Under the pieces are notes generated by a model, which was given only the letters and a program-made list of their open reading frames with translations, was not told the origin of the DNA and did no database searches. 39,293 bases of DNA from Phoronis australis (lineage: Eukaryota > Animalia > Phoronida): assembly GCA_002633005.1 (NCBI GenBank), contig NMRA01000452.1, forward strand, positions 328,021 to 367,313, read 5' to 3'. The translations under genes and the position numbers were made by a program. Positions 1 to 11,745 of this stretch are shown here, piece by piece. Numbering within the stretch: position 1 is the stretch's first letter; each line of letters starts with the position of its first letter.

Positions 1-1112
1 TGTAGTGCCAAGACATGATCACTAGAATTGTTGTATGCACTGCCAATGTCACTTAAACAAGACGCAATGTCGGGATGGTCAACGTCACCATATATCCTCT
101 TTCTCATTTTCAGTGACTCTTGCAAATACTGTAGTGCCGAGACATAATCACTAGAATTGTTGTATGCACTGCCAATGTCACTTAAGCAAGACGCAATGTA
201 GGGATGGTCAACGTCGCCATATATCCTCTTCCTCATTTCCAGTGACTCTTGAAAATACTGTAGTGCCGAAGCAGGATCTTTTGAGTTGTTGTATGCAATC
301 CCAACGTCACTTAATCCTGACGCAATGCCGGGATGGTCAACGTCGCCATATATCCTCTTCCTCATTTCCAGTGACTCTTGATAATACTGTAGTCCCGAGA
401 CATAATCACATGATTTGTTGTATGCAGTGCCAACGTAACTTAAAGAAGACGCAATGTCGGCATGATCAACGTTACCATATATCCTCTTTTTCATTTTCAG
501 TGAGTCTTGCAAATATTGTAGTGCCAAGACATGATCACTAGAATTGTTGTATGCACTGCCAATGTCACTTAAACAAGACGCAATGTCGGGATGGTCAACA
601 TCACCATATATCCTCTTTCTCATTTTCAGTGACTCTTGCAAATACTGTAGTGCCGAGACATAATCACTAGAATTGTTGTATGCACTGCCAATGTCACTTA
701 AGCAAGACGCAATGTAGGGATGGTCAACGTCGCCATATATCCTCTTCCTCATTTCCAGTGACTCTTGAAAATACTGTAGTGCCGAAGCAGGATCTTTTGA
801 GTTGTTGTATGCAATCCCAACGTCACTTAATCCTGACGCAATGCCGGGATGGTCAACGTCGCCATATATCCTCTTTCTCATTTCCAGTGACTCTTGATAA
901 TACTGTAGTCCCGAGACATAATCACATGATTTGTTGTATGCAGTGCCAACGTAACTTAAAGAAGACGCAATGTCGGCATGATCAACGTTACCATATATCC
1001 TCTTTTTCATTTTCAGTGAGTCTTGCAAATATTGTAGTGCCGAGACATAATCACTTGAATTGTTGTATGCACCGCCAACGTTTCTTAAATAAGACGCAAT
1101 GTCGGGATGGTC
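1..1112 (-). repeat. Coding tandem array of ~8.6 x 129-bp (43-aa) TPR units with a 516-bp four-unit higher-order duplication
   Basis: Consensus DHPDIASSLSxVGxAYNNSSDYVSALQYxQESLxMRKRIYGDV. Units start at 1112, 983, 854, 725, 596, 467, 338, 209 and 80. Bases 1-516 nearly match 517-1032. Confidence 0.95.
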
Positions 1113-3403
1113 AACGTCGCCATACATCTTCCTTGTCATTCTCAATGACCTTTTATGGTATTCTAATTCTCTATCATGCTTACTCATTTTACCGTAGATT
1201 GTCCCTATCTGACCCAATGTCTTTGCAATACTCGGATGGTCATTGTTTGAATGGATTTTCCTACTTAACCTTTCTGAATCTTCGGCTGCATCTGTTGCTT
1301 TATCGTGTTCTCCCATCGCACAATGCACCGTAGCAAGGAGACATTTAACTGAAACGGTATCATCTTGTTCGCCTTCTTTCAAAAGTTTCAATGTTTTAAT
1401 CGATGATAAACACCATTTCAACGAGTGTTCGTAGTTCCCATGATTATAGTACGCCATGGCTATCAGCTGCTTCAGTGTGGCTAATGTTCGGAGATATAAG
1501 TCCTCGTTCATGTTCATTGATTCAATGGAAAACTCTTGAACAAATGGTTGTCTGCTTAACGCTTTCTTGAGATCTTCAAGTAACTGGTTTGATAGTCTCT
1601 TTCCAGCCTCTTCATGCTTCTTCGTAATTTTTAATGCATGTATGTAATAATTAATTGCAGTACCATTTTGTCCTTTAAGGAAATACGCTTGCCCTATTAA
1701 CTGAAGACAATGACATACAAATCTGTCTTCGTGGTCACAGAAAACATCCTGTCCCTTGTGGTGCACCACTATGTCTTCTGTCTGTCTGTGTGGCGATTTC
1801 TTCTCCCAAACATATTCAATGTGGGTGAAAAATGTATCTAACGCGTTGTCATAGCGAAAGCAGCAAAGCTCTATGCAACCCTCGTAAAAATAATTTTTCT
1901 CAAAAAATGGCGCCTCAATCATTTTAGTTATGGGTGCAAGAACGAAGGACACATCTGTAATATAGTTAACTAACGGGTAGATAGAATAATAGTATCGGAC
2001 TATCAAATGTTTGAAATCGTCATACGGCTTGCCTAGCAACACAACGTCTTCCATTTGTCTACGCTGACTGCAATACTGTACAAGTCTGAATATACTTACA
2101 AATGAGACTATAAAGAGTAAGTTGTGCCTGCCATCAGGTGACAAAATGGCAGTGGATTTCATTTCATCAATGAGATCCCAAGTGTTGTCCTTAGTCAAAT
2201 TGAAAATAGCTTTAAATAAGGTAAGGACCAAGGTGGGCAGTCTGTACATTTCCTTTTTTATGTCATGAACATTTCCTGGCTTGTTGTGGAAGCTAAGCTC
2301 ATACAAGAACTCGTCCACAACATTGCGTATGTCACTGAAATATTTCAACCGTGCTTCTTCCTCCTTCTGGTGACGCGCTCGCTCTTGCCTGAATTCCTTC
2401 AGCAAGGATTCGTCTCCGTCAAGTTGCACTGTTGACATAAGAACGCGATCGAAGTTATACCCCTCTTTAATTGCTTGCCTGACTTCACACATTTCAGCCA
2501 TGTGTTTTGGTGTCTTGATTAATTCTATTCCGGCTTTACCTGGTCTATCAGGTCGCCCAAGTGGTGTCTTGCATGCGAATGGTACTGCACTATCAAATTC
2601 AAACCCACGAGCTACCACGTCATCAACAAACCAATTTCTACCTGGCGTGTCGTAGTCATTAAGCGACTTGATATGCATACTCTTAAGGTTTGTTTCTCGA
2701 ATATTTAAGACAAACAAGTGCATAAGTCTAGTCATGTTCCTGAAGTACTCAAGATCTTGTGCGTCATCCTTTACCAAAATGGCCCATTCCAAGTCCGAAT
2801 AGGGTGTTACCTCTCCCCTTCCCAAAGAGCCCATGGCAAACGCTGCGTAGTCCTGTGGGGGTGGGCCTAAAATTTCTCTGCATTTTGAGAGAAGGTATTT
2901 GTTCAAACCTTGCATTTGTGAGCACAAGGTCCGAAATATCGTTCTAGTTTCATCAACGAATACATGTTCTAATTTCAATCGCTCACTATCGGATGCTTCT
3001 AAATTGAATTCAGTGGCAAAAGTGCTCAGTAGTTCACCGGCTCCTGGAGAGGTCTGGATTCTGACATTTCTCAATTTTTCTACCACTTCGGACCTAAAAT
3101 CCATTGGTATTTTGCTACCAGACAGACAAAGCGTGGTACAGAATGCCGTTTCGTTGTCTCTTATTAAGATCTCCAACTCCTCAGTCATTTCAGTTTCAAC
3201 TCTCAGTATAGCGGCGTTATATAAGGCTGAAGCAGTAACGAAGTGTTGAGTACATTTTTGTAATAGCCCTCGCTTTTTGTAAATATCACCCATCTTTTGA
3301 AGGATTTTTCCACCTGACTCTGATTTTCTGTCATCCTTGCTTAGTTTTTTAAGCTTGGATGCTAATGAGTCTTCATCCTTGACCAGCCGTGATGACACTT
3401 CAT
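1..3403 (-). CDS. Large exon (3'-partial) of a nucleotidyltransferase (GlnD/DUF294-like) + TPR-array protein
   Basis: Hand translation of the minus strand is open from the acceptor ttgcag|AT GAA GTG (3403, phase 1) to the window edge: DEVSSRLVKDEDSLASKLKK...ILQKMGDIYKKRG..HFVTASALYNAAI...LGPPPQDYAAFAMGSLGRGEVTPYSDLEWAILV...GFEFDSAVPFACKTPLG...HDIKKEMYRLP...NTWDLIDEM...FRLVQY, then TPRs. Absent from the ORF track because no stop lies inside the window. Confidence 0.92.
2040..2900 (-). other. Pol-beta superfamily nucleotidyltransferase domain (GlnD/GlnE/DUF294-like) followed by a DUF294_C-like helical domain
   Basis: hGS-x10-DLE signature at 2772-2867, preceded by GPPP..YA..AM. Candidate third acid in GFEFD (~2592-2606). 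DIKKE.YRLP (~2264) and NTW.LID....LS......L......FRL resemble the DUF294 C-terminal domain. Confidence 0.8.
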
Positions 3404-4445
3404 CTGCAAATATGTTGAACTGTTAATTGAAATAAGATTGTACAGGCATTTAATGTATCCCACTACCACTCTAATAGGTATGAGTTTTTAGTTTAGAGTG
3501 TTCTTAGCTAGGTCTTGTCGTCCAAGTACATGTATTTGACCTACAAGACACTGGACTAACAATGACAAAAGCAAAAATGTATCAAAATTTGGTAATGAAA
3601 TATTTTGAAAGAAATCAGCCCATCTCTTCAGTATTTTTACTTTTAAAGTGACTTTTTTTTCAGAGACAGCACACGTGTCAGAACATTGAAGTAATGAAAT
3701 GGACTGGCGGAGGAGGCGGGGTCTTGAATCTTTTCAGATTGGCAATTCTGCATTCTACAAAAATTGTGTGGTTAAACCACGTGCCTTATTTATTTTGTGT
3801 TGTCATGATTACACCTCACCAAGTCTTAAAGTCTAATATTAACGGAATGTTGCTATTTTAGGTGTATATGGCTAACCAGATAGTCCTACGCTCTTCAAAA
3901 TAATTGGTGAGGCTGCCTTTTCGTACCGTGTTGTATTTTCAGGTGTTACTGTTCAAGGTAGGCTTTAGGACTTAAATTTTCAGCACCCAATTCACAGAAG
4001 AAGGCATGAAATAACTTATGAACACACACGTGTCATCTATGATTTTGCACATTTTAAGATGTATACTTTACAGGATTGTATTATGCCATACGAACATGGC
4101 TTGAATTCAGACACATGTTTAATGATTTATTGACCAAAATAAAGCTCATCACCTCTATATAACCACTATAATTTCGATTGCATTCCACAAAGTTAGGGTA
4201 TTTTTGATAATGTTGATATGAATTGCGTATAGTTGTTTTTGGAAATAACCATACTAGAAATTGGAAGCGTGTTCTGAACAAGACAATCTTGTCTGATTTC
4301 ATGGCATTTTGTTTCCTCATTAGAACGAGAATAAATCTCATTGATCTATGGTCAAAATATACATGTAATTTTGCCACCTCTATAAAATCACCCCAAATTC
4401 GATTTTCCACAACATTACAACACGATTGCTTTCTTTTCGTTATAC

Positions 4446-4604
4446 CTGACACGTCTTTTGCTTCACCCTCGTCGGCCTGTTTATCGCTGTCTGATGAAGG
4501 ACAGACTGATGATGGTCCATCTGCCGGCTCCTGCGCTTCCTTTCCTGACGTAGTACAGACCTCATCTACAGACCTGTCTTCTGTGTTCTTGATGTCGTCA
4601 TATT
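4446..4604 (-). CDS. Internal 159-nt phase-1/1 exon, acidic low-complexity (copy 3)
   Basis: Acceptor atacag|AATATGAC, donor GTGTCAG|gtataa. Encodes EYDDIKNTEDRSVDEVCTTSGKEAQEPADGPSSVCPSSDSDKQADEGEAKDVS. Phase matches the 3403 acceptor. Confidence 0.82.
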
Positions 4605-5417
4605 CTGTATACACATTCAATGACTGCAGTTATGTTGAACTGTTATGTAAACAAGACTACAAAATTTAAATTATCATACACTGTATTTCTATCCACTTTA
4701 ATAAAGGTTTGAAATTTTAATAATTTTCTTATAGTCCCAGTGCTTGATCAGCTAGTCACTTGATTTATAATGACACAAGCAAAATGTATCAACATCAGGT
4801 ATTAAGATATCTTGTAGGAAACCAGTCGGTGTTTACAATAATTTTTAAACTCATTTTATGTTTGAAAATGTAGCCAGAAACAATAAATGTATCATAGCAG
4901 GAAGGAATTTTCTTCCGGTTTGAAGACTGAATGAAAAAATCATATTAGTAGATTACTTCATGGGGGTGCTTAAATGGGGGACTGGAATTTCATGTCTTGA
5001 TTAGATGTAGCGATAACAATCAAAACTAAAACAGGCATGTAGTCAACCCACACTATTTTTGTAGAACGCAGAGATGCCGAAAAAGGATCAAACTACCGCT
5101 TCCGCCGCCAGTGCTTCTCATAACTAAACACGAACGTGGCCTGAAATTAGACCCATGTTTAATGACGTATACATCAAAATAAAAGTATATCACCTCCAAT
5201 CAACCACGCCGAAACATTCGAAATTTGAATCATGTTTCGCTCAAAACAAGTTTCCTTTTACGACTAGAGTCAATTTCAATGAAGTGTTATAATACAACCA
5301 ACACGAGAAAAATCGTCCAAATGCATTGTGCAGGTACTACACGTGTTTTCAATCTGATATGATGTTTAGTTGATTAAATTGTTACCCTGCAACTTGATTG
5401 CTTTCCTATGGTTATAC

Positions 5418-5576
5418 CTGAGACGTCTGTTGCTTCACCCTCGTCGGCCTGTTTATCACTGTCTAATGAAAAAGAGCGTGATGATGGTCCATGTGCCAGC
5501 CGCTCCTCTTTCTTCCCAGATTTGGTGCAGACCTCATCTATACACCTGTCTTCGGGGTTCTTGCTGTCGTCACATT
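5418..5576 (-). CDS. Internal 159-nt phase-1/1 exon (copy 2)
   Basis: Acceptor catgcag|AATGTGAC, donor GTCTCAG|gtataa. Encodes ECDDSKNPEDRCIDEVCTKSGKKEERLAHGPSSRSFSLDSDKQADEGEATDVS. Confidence 0.82.
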
Positions 5577-6265
5577 CTGCATGCATATTGAACGACTGTC
5601 TTGGTTATGGAGAAATTGCTTTCAATTGCACAAAAACTGCTTGCATATTCCGCAAACCTAAAGTGTAGGGTGTTAAGGGTAAAATGACCAACTTGATCTA
5701 AATTTCCAACTTCAGAGACTGCTTATACCTTTTGCACAATAATTATAATTCCATTCAATGTGCAAGCAATCCTAATCCATTTGAAACAAGACTGTGTCAA
5801 AATTTAAAAATTCACTTTAATAAAGTAGTGAGTTTTCAATATTAAGCCTACACCGCCTCTCATCACAAAATATAAACGTGACTTGGACTTAGTTCTATTT
5901 TTCATGACCTATATTACAAAATGTAAATAATATCACCTCCACACAATCACCGTAAATTCGATTTTCTACAACGTTAGGGAGTTTTTGATAGTTTTGCGAT
6001 GAAAAGGCGTTTTTTTTTTCGTAAACAACTCCACTAAATTTGAAGCGTGTTTTGAACAAGACAATTTCGTCTCATTTACTGACATTTTGTCATCTCATTA
6101 GGACATGAGTGAATCTCATTGACATCAGGTGACACTATCGAAACAACAAAAACCGCTCAAATACTGTACATCTTTTGCAGGCACTATGATTACTGTTTTA
6201 TCTGATTATGAGTTTTGTTGATCAAATTGTTACATTATAAGCTGATTGCTTTCCTGACATCATAC

Positions 6266-6424
6266 CTGGCACATCTGTTGCTTCACCCTCGTCGACCTGT
6301 TTATCGCTGTCTGATAAAGGAGAGCGTGATGATGGTCCATGTGCCGGCCCTTGCGCTTCGTTTCCAGATTCGGTATGGACATCATCTATACACCTGTCTT
6401 CGGGGCTCTCGCTGTTGACAGATT
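6266..6424 (-). CDS. Internal 159-nt phase-1/1 exon (copy 1)
   Basis: Acceptor catgcag|AATCTGTC, donor GTGCCAG|gtatga. Encodes SVNSESPEDRCIDDVHTESGNEAQGPAHGPSSRSPLSDSDKQVDEGEATDVP. Confidence 0.82.
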
Positions 6425-7220
6425 CTGCATGCATATTGAATAACTCTCCTGTTATGAAGGAACTGTTTTGAATTGTGCACAAAAAGCGCACATGTTTTAA
6501 ACCTACAGTGCCCGTGTGCGTTTGTTACGGGTAAAATGGCCAATTTAATGCAAATTCCAATTTCATTCTGCTTGTTACGCCCACTTCATCGTTAATTTTT
6601 CTAAATACACATTTATTGGCAGCCATTTTGTATGACGTGAGATTTTTGTGGCTTTGGCGTCATTTTGTATGATGGCTATGCAGGAAGGACATTTTACGAT
6701 TATTATTTCAGAAACTAATCTACGTGGTGGCTCCTTGACCATACTCAGATAGAGTCCAGTAGCGGTATGACCTCGCTAAAAAAAGCAAAACTTCGCGAGA
6801 TAACGTGAGATATTGCCGTGTATTTCAAATGAGGACACGTGATTTAAGTTAGATTTGAGCGAGGTCCTAGAAAAGGTCCAAGAGTTACTGAGCTAGTGTT
6901 TTGTTGCAAGTCCTAACATTTGCTAAAGCCTTGGGCACACTAGCCTAGCCAGAGGTATTCAGTAAGTAGAGCCAAATTTGGGAGCCGATTAATCGACCGT
7001 ATGGGCGTTTTGGAGAATATTTAAGTGACCGTGCTACACACTCTCGCTGAAGAGCTCCTGTGGCACTGAGTAGGAGGACCATGATCCCCTTATGCACCGC
7101 CGTAAAGTACATCTGTGCAAGAAACTCTAGTCTGTTTGCCACAATTAGCACTAACTCTGACCGAATAACAGTGCACAAACTATCTTCATTAGTCAGTGAC
7201 ATCGTATGAAACAGCATCCC

Positions 7221-7501
7221 CAGTGGCGGATTTAGGGGGTGGCCAAGGGAGCCATGGCCCCCCTAAAATTTTACAAGATACCATTTGGCAGTTCGGGTGC
7301 GAATTGCTTACTAGCACATAAGCCCAACCAGGGGAGAGGGGGCTCTTGGGGGGGGGGTGTTTTTTAAGTCAAAAGGTCCGCAAACCCAAAAATTCGAAAC
7401 CGCTACATCCCTACATTTTAGACTGGGCGCGCGCAACTGACAAAACTGTGGTTATTCCTCTGCCCCGGCCCCCCTAAGTCAAAATCCTGGATTCGACCCT
7501 G
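7221..7501. mobile_element. Non-autonomous hAT-like MITE
   Basis: Degenerate terminal inverted repeats CAGTGGCGGATTTAGG / CCTGGATTCGACCCTG. Flanking 8-mers AGCATCCC / ATCACCCC (6/8) fit a decayed target-site duplication. Confidence 0.55.
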
Positions 7502-8157
7502 ATCACCCCTACTTGTTATGCTATCTTTGGTAGAAGAACCAGTGATGGCTACAGGACGTTTAAAATCTTTGAAATTTCGTTTTGATGTGATGTGTGCAGG
7601 TTTCTAAACTTTTGTAATTCAAACATATCTGATTTACATAGGAAAGGTGTTAGTTCAAGTGTGATAACCACACTTAGTTTTTAGCGATTGTCTCTAAAAT
7701 GATTTGAGCAAAACTTCTACTGGTATACAGCCACCAAGCCTAAAATTGGTGATTGTGATCGTAGAAATACCTGATTACCATGGTAGCGATACCCAATTCA
7801 GCACAGCAAAAGATCTAATTTTTAAAAATAATACCCCCGCCCAAATCCTTTTGTCAATGTTTCTCTCTTATAAAATGAATTTGACCCCAAAACCTAAAAC
7901 AGCTGAATTATTTTCGCAGACAAGCTACTTCTTGGTAACCGTAACAACGGCACATACTCAAGCTAGTCAACCCCCTAGGTTTCCTTGAAGGAAGATTCAC
8001 CATAAATACTTAAGAATGACTTTGTTATCACACTTAAATTTGCTGATGTTAACCAATTGACCGCTATTAACTATCAAAATTAACTGCACATAGAATATAT
8101 AACCCTATTTTCACAACCAACCCATTTATCTAAGCATTAAGAACAACGTACCTAAAC

Positions 8158-8387
8158 TACACGGTTAACGGAGTCATGAACACGGTAACGTACTCATGAA
8201 CACGACTCACGTACCTTCAAACACCGTTCACTGACTCACAAACACGGGAACGGACTCACAAAACACGATCCATTCACCGAAAGACACGGCACACGGACTC
8301 AAATTCACGAAGAAACACGGTTAACGGACCGCCAAGCACTGTTCACTGCGATAAAGCATGTCATAAAAACACGGGTCACGGACTCAT
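8158..8387. repeat. Degenerate ~21-bp minisatellite (AACACGGTtAACGGACTCA-like)
   Basis: ACACGG...GACTCA motifs recur at roughly 20-22 bp spacing. Confidence 0.65.
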
Positions 8388-8749
8388 CGGCTTCCTGGGT
8401 CAGCTGACACCGACATTTTGTCCGTAAACTGAAAAAGGATTGAACTACCGCTTCCGCCGCCAATGCTTCTCATCACTAAATACGAACATGGCCTGAACTT
8501 AGACCCATGTATAATGACTCATAGATCAAAATAAAAGTACATCACCTCTATGCAAGCACGTCAAATTTGACAACCGATTAATCGACCGTCTGGGTTTGTT
8601 GAAGAGTAGTCAAGTTACCCATTATCTACGCGCGCATAGACCGGGATCCCAGAGCTTTTTTGGGCATGAAAAGGCAACCAATTTTCTTTGGTGCCAAAGT
8701 GTTCTATGTGTATCCTCATGATTGGAAATGGCCGTCTGGCAGGTTCGCT

Positions 8750-9560
8750 CTGGTGGGTGTGGTGAGGGGAGCCAAGAGAATGACACTCAAAAATTGAGCT
8801 AGATCAACTTTTCTGGTAACCACATAATCTGCCGTCGATACCTGCTACGTCATCCATTGTATCAAAATTGGTCACTGCGAGACAATTTCTGTGGTGGGAA
8901 GTACCCGCCAGACAAACATATACAGGGTACAAAAATTGAGCTAGATCAATCCAAGAGGTAACCGCTTGAAACCAGTCGCAAAATTTATTATTCATCGTAA
9001 GCACAGGTACCACGAATGAGCACTGCCAGAAAAATCTAGTGGTGGGTTACCCTCGCCAGACACGCCTAAATACCAGAATTGAGCTAGATCAATCCATCAG
9101 GTAACCGTTTGAAACCAATTGCACTACGTTCAGCATCACTGAACAGTTTGATGCCAGACAATTTCAATGGTGGGGTGCCCCTGCCAGACGATTATCAAAA
9201 AGGGTTAAAAATTGAGCTAGATCAACCCAAGAGGTAACCGCCTAAAACCAGTTCCAAAATATTCACCGTAAGCCCAGGTATCACGAATTAACACTGCCAG
9301 ACAAATCTAGTGTTGGGTTAGCCACGCCAGACACGTCCAAATACATGAATTGAGCTAGATCAACCCAAGAGGTAACTGCATGAAACAAGTAGCAAAATAT
9401 TTGCCGTAAGCCCTGGTATCAAGAATGAATACTGCCAGACAAATCTAGTGGTGGGTTATCCCCGCCAGGCACGCCCAAGTACCTGAGTTTAGCTAGGTCA
9501 ACCCACAAGGAAACCGCTTGAAACCAATCGCCCGATGCTCAGCATCATTGCACGTGGCAA
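8750..9560 (+). repeat. Tandem repeat of about six ~140-bp units
   Basis: Core AATTGAGCTAGATCAA (last copy degenerate) at about 8792, 8934, 9077, 9210, 9348 and 9487. Each unit also carries GCCAGACA..GTGGTGGG..GCCAGAC. Confidence 0.85.
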
Positions 9561-10029
9561 AACAGTAAGATGCCTCCATCAAACAAATAGGGAGTCGAAA
9601 CAACATTGATTATAAGCCCATTCACGCTGAATAAGCATCACAATCAGGAACCAGGCACTTCGATTTTCAATAAAGCCACTAAGTCTGTACGACATAGGTC
9701 ACCGCACAAGGTGAGAGATTTTTGTCCGCAAGTTTATGTCTGGGCATGAACAATAGAAAAACCGCGCCTGAGGTTGGAGCGATCTCACAAGTCCATGCGA
9801 AAACAGCAGAATACTCCACATAATTCACTATTAAAACGAAACCTAAAAACTCGTCCAAGACGGATACCACATTTTTTCGTTATCCTATTTTACCAGTCTA
9901 AACTGCCTCCCTTTGTTTTCGGACGAGTCATTTGATGCAACTGCTAAAAGGAATAATAATCAAAATGCCGTCTTTTGCTGTCCCCTGCGTCATCTACCTT
10001 CATTTCACACGGTGATGAATTGCAAATTT

Positions 10030-10335
10030 GGCAAAACTGATCAGTTTTGGGCAGTCTTCGTCTTTCTCGGCATAAACCGAGCCCACAGACATCTCCGGAG
10101 ATCCGTCAAGAACAATGACTTCAGTGGCTATATCAACATTTTCCCGACTACGCTAGAAGTATTCTTTGCCCTGAACCGCCCAAACTACGCCGGATGGGGA
10201 ACATTGTTTTACCAAAAGTTGAAATTGGCAAACCCAATATTACATGAAGTGCTGGAAAACGGTGCGTTATCAGTGCTAGGTACGAGGAAAAACTTTAATA
10301 GATCGGCTGCTGACCTCTCTTTGAAACAGTCCGTA
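10030..10335 (+). pseudogene. Degraded transposase core fragment, Academ-like
   Basis: GKTDQFW...LRRSVKNNDF.GY....LEVFFALNRPNYAGW...GALSV..T.KNF.RSAADLSLKQ resembles the R.gDw.lh...FFa.dh.NYARW...G.F.v..t...fs....D...EQ block of invertebrate Academ-type transposases. Confidence 0.6.
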
Positions 10336-10816
10336 TTTTTATGTTTGATATGGTGTTCTCCAAAAAGGCTGAAAACACCTCTGCGGCACCTGATATTGGG
10401 TACGTATGGTCGTGTTAGATTTCATGGAAAAAAACCATCAAAGCTGTAACGTAGATAAAAAATTCTGTTCATGCTGCGAACATGTTATTCACAACTGATT
10501 CATGGATATAACGAGTTCTGATAGTTTTCAGTTTAGTTAGATTGACAATCATTTCACTTGCACGACACAGATAAGCGGGCAATGGAACTGTTCGCTTTTT
10601 GTCTTCATAGTGAATATAAAACACGTTCGAATTAATTATCCATAGATGTTGTATGTGATGCTCAGCCACCGTGGCGACAGCCTCGGCATCCACATTGAGG
10701 AAGGGGGTATCCAACCACTATGTATACTATTTTTGGAAATAGTGACTGAATTGCAGTTGAATTAAATAAAGATTCGAGTTTATGCTTCACCTTTTTACTG
10801 TTATTATTTCATAGTA

Positions 10817-10890
10817 CAGGCCCGTAGCCGGGGGGGAGGGTTCGGAGGTTCGATCGAACTCCTACCCCGCTGAAAAGGTCCACCCCCCAG
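10817..10890 (+). mobile_element. Isolated terminus of a hAT-like MITE
   Basis: CAGGCCCGTAGCC-G-run-GGTTCG..CGAAC..CCCC...AAAAGGTCC, similar in style to the 7221 element. No matching opposite end found. Confidence 0.35.
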
Positions 10891-11745
10891 CATATTCGTT
10901 AAAGATAGGGTTTAATTGGACAATAACAACAAAATTGTTGCAGCTACTGGTGCTAACTACAATGATAACTAAGTTAGCAATAATTTTGAATTCGCTTCTG
11001 ATTCAAACCGCGTCACGTGGCGTTGGGCCGAACTCGGCAAACTTCGCCCGAATGCCGCTGTTAGTGTAGATGACAGGATTGTGCATACGATAAGAGAAGC
11101 ATTTATGTTATTCATAACCCACGCGAGTGGTGGCTACAACAAAGGCTAACAAGTGAGTCCAGAAGTGAATGTCTATACCTAAGCATAAAAGTCTAGCCCT
11201 AAAACCTAAGTAAACTTCATGCTAATGTAAATAGCAACGAGAGAGCTCCCAAAAAGTAGTGCGGTGTGAATGCCTTAAACTCGGCCAATGAAGAAACAAA
11301 ACAGCAGAAAAATTGAAATTTGTTATTCTGCTATTTTTGGTTTAATTGCAACCATAGCACGGTGGAGGTGTAGGCATTTTCAAATTTTGAATTGAAAGTG
11401 ATCGTCAAATATGCAAATATGTTGTTCAACCAGTGTCCACTTTGATTGTGGATTGATGGATCATGCATGCGTGTACACGTTTGAACGTTTCTGTTCTTTT
11501 AAATTCAGTACATGTTGACAGAATGTTCATTATAGTCAGTCCTCCGTCGTGCTAAAAGCCATACATTCAACTGCTGTGTTTTCTTGCACTGAGAATACAC
11601 CGTTGATCATTTTCACGTTATGATGGAAAGGTAGGCATAAACCTCAACTTTGGTCAATGAAAATCTTCTCTAGTCAATCAATGTCAATGGTGCCCAACCC
11701 TGCAGATTTCATACGAGCCAAGAACTAGATGGAAAAGATTTCCAG

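Noticed and set aside
1-1112. Diversity-generating retroelement, suggested by NNC/NNT variable codons (AAC/TAC/GAC)
   Set aside because: No invariant template repeat and no DGR-type RT (the only RT is a dead LINE). The AAC of YN is invariant, so the changes are not adenine-specific mutagenesis.
164-1333. Plus-strand Cys/His-rich ORFs (164-541, 680-1333, also 38425-39090)
   Set aside because: They are antisense shadows of the TPR array; the minus frame gives a recognisable TPR and joins the NTase domain.
4081-4620. 179-aa ORF as a stand-alone gene
   Set aside because: Only 4604-4446 is conserved among the three copies and bounded by splice sites; the rest is intron read-through.
8750-9560. 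CRISPR-like array from the recurring GAGCTAGATCAA core
   Set aside because: The sequences between cores are homologous to each other rather than unique spacers, the period is ~140 bp, there are no cas genes and the context is eukaryotic.
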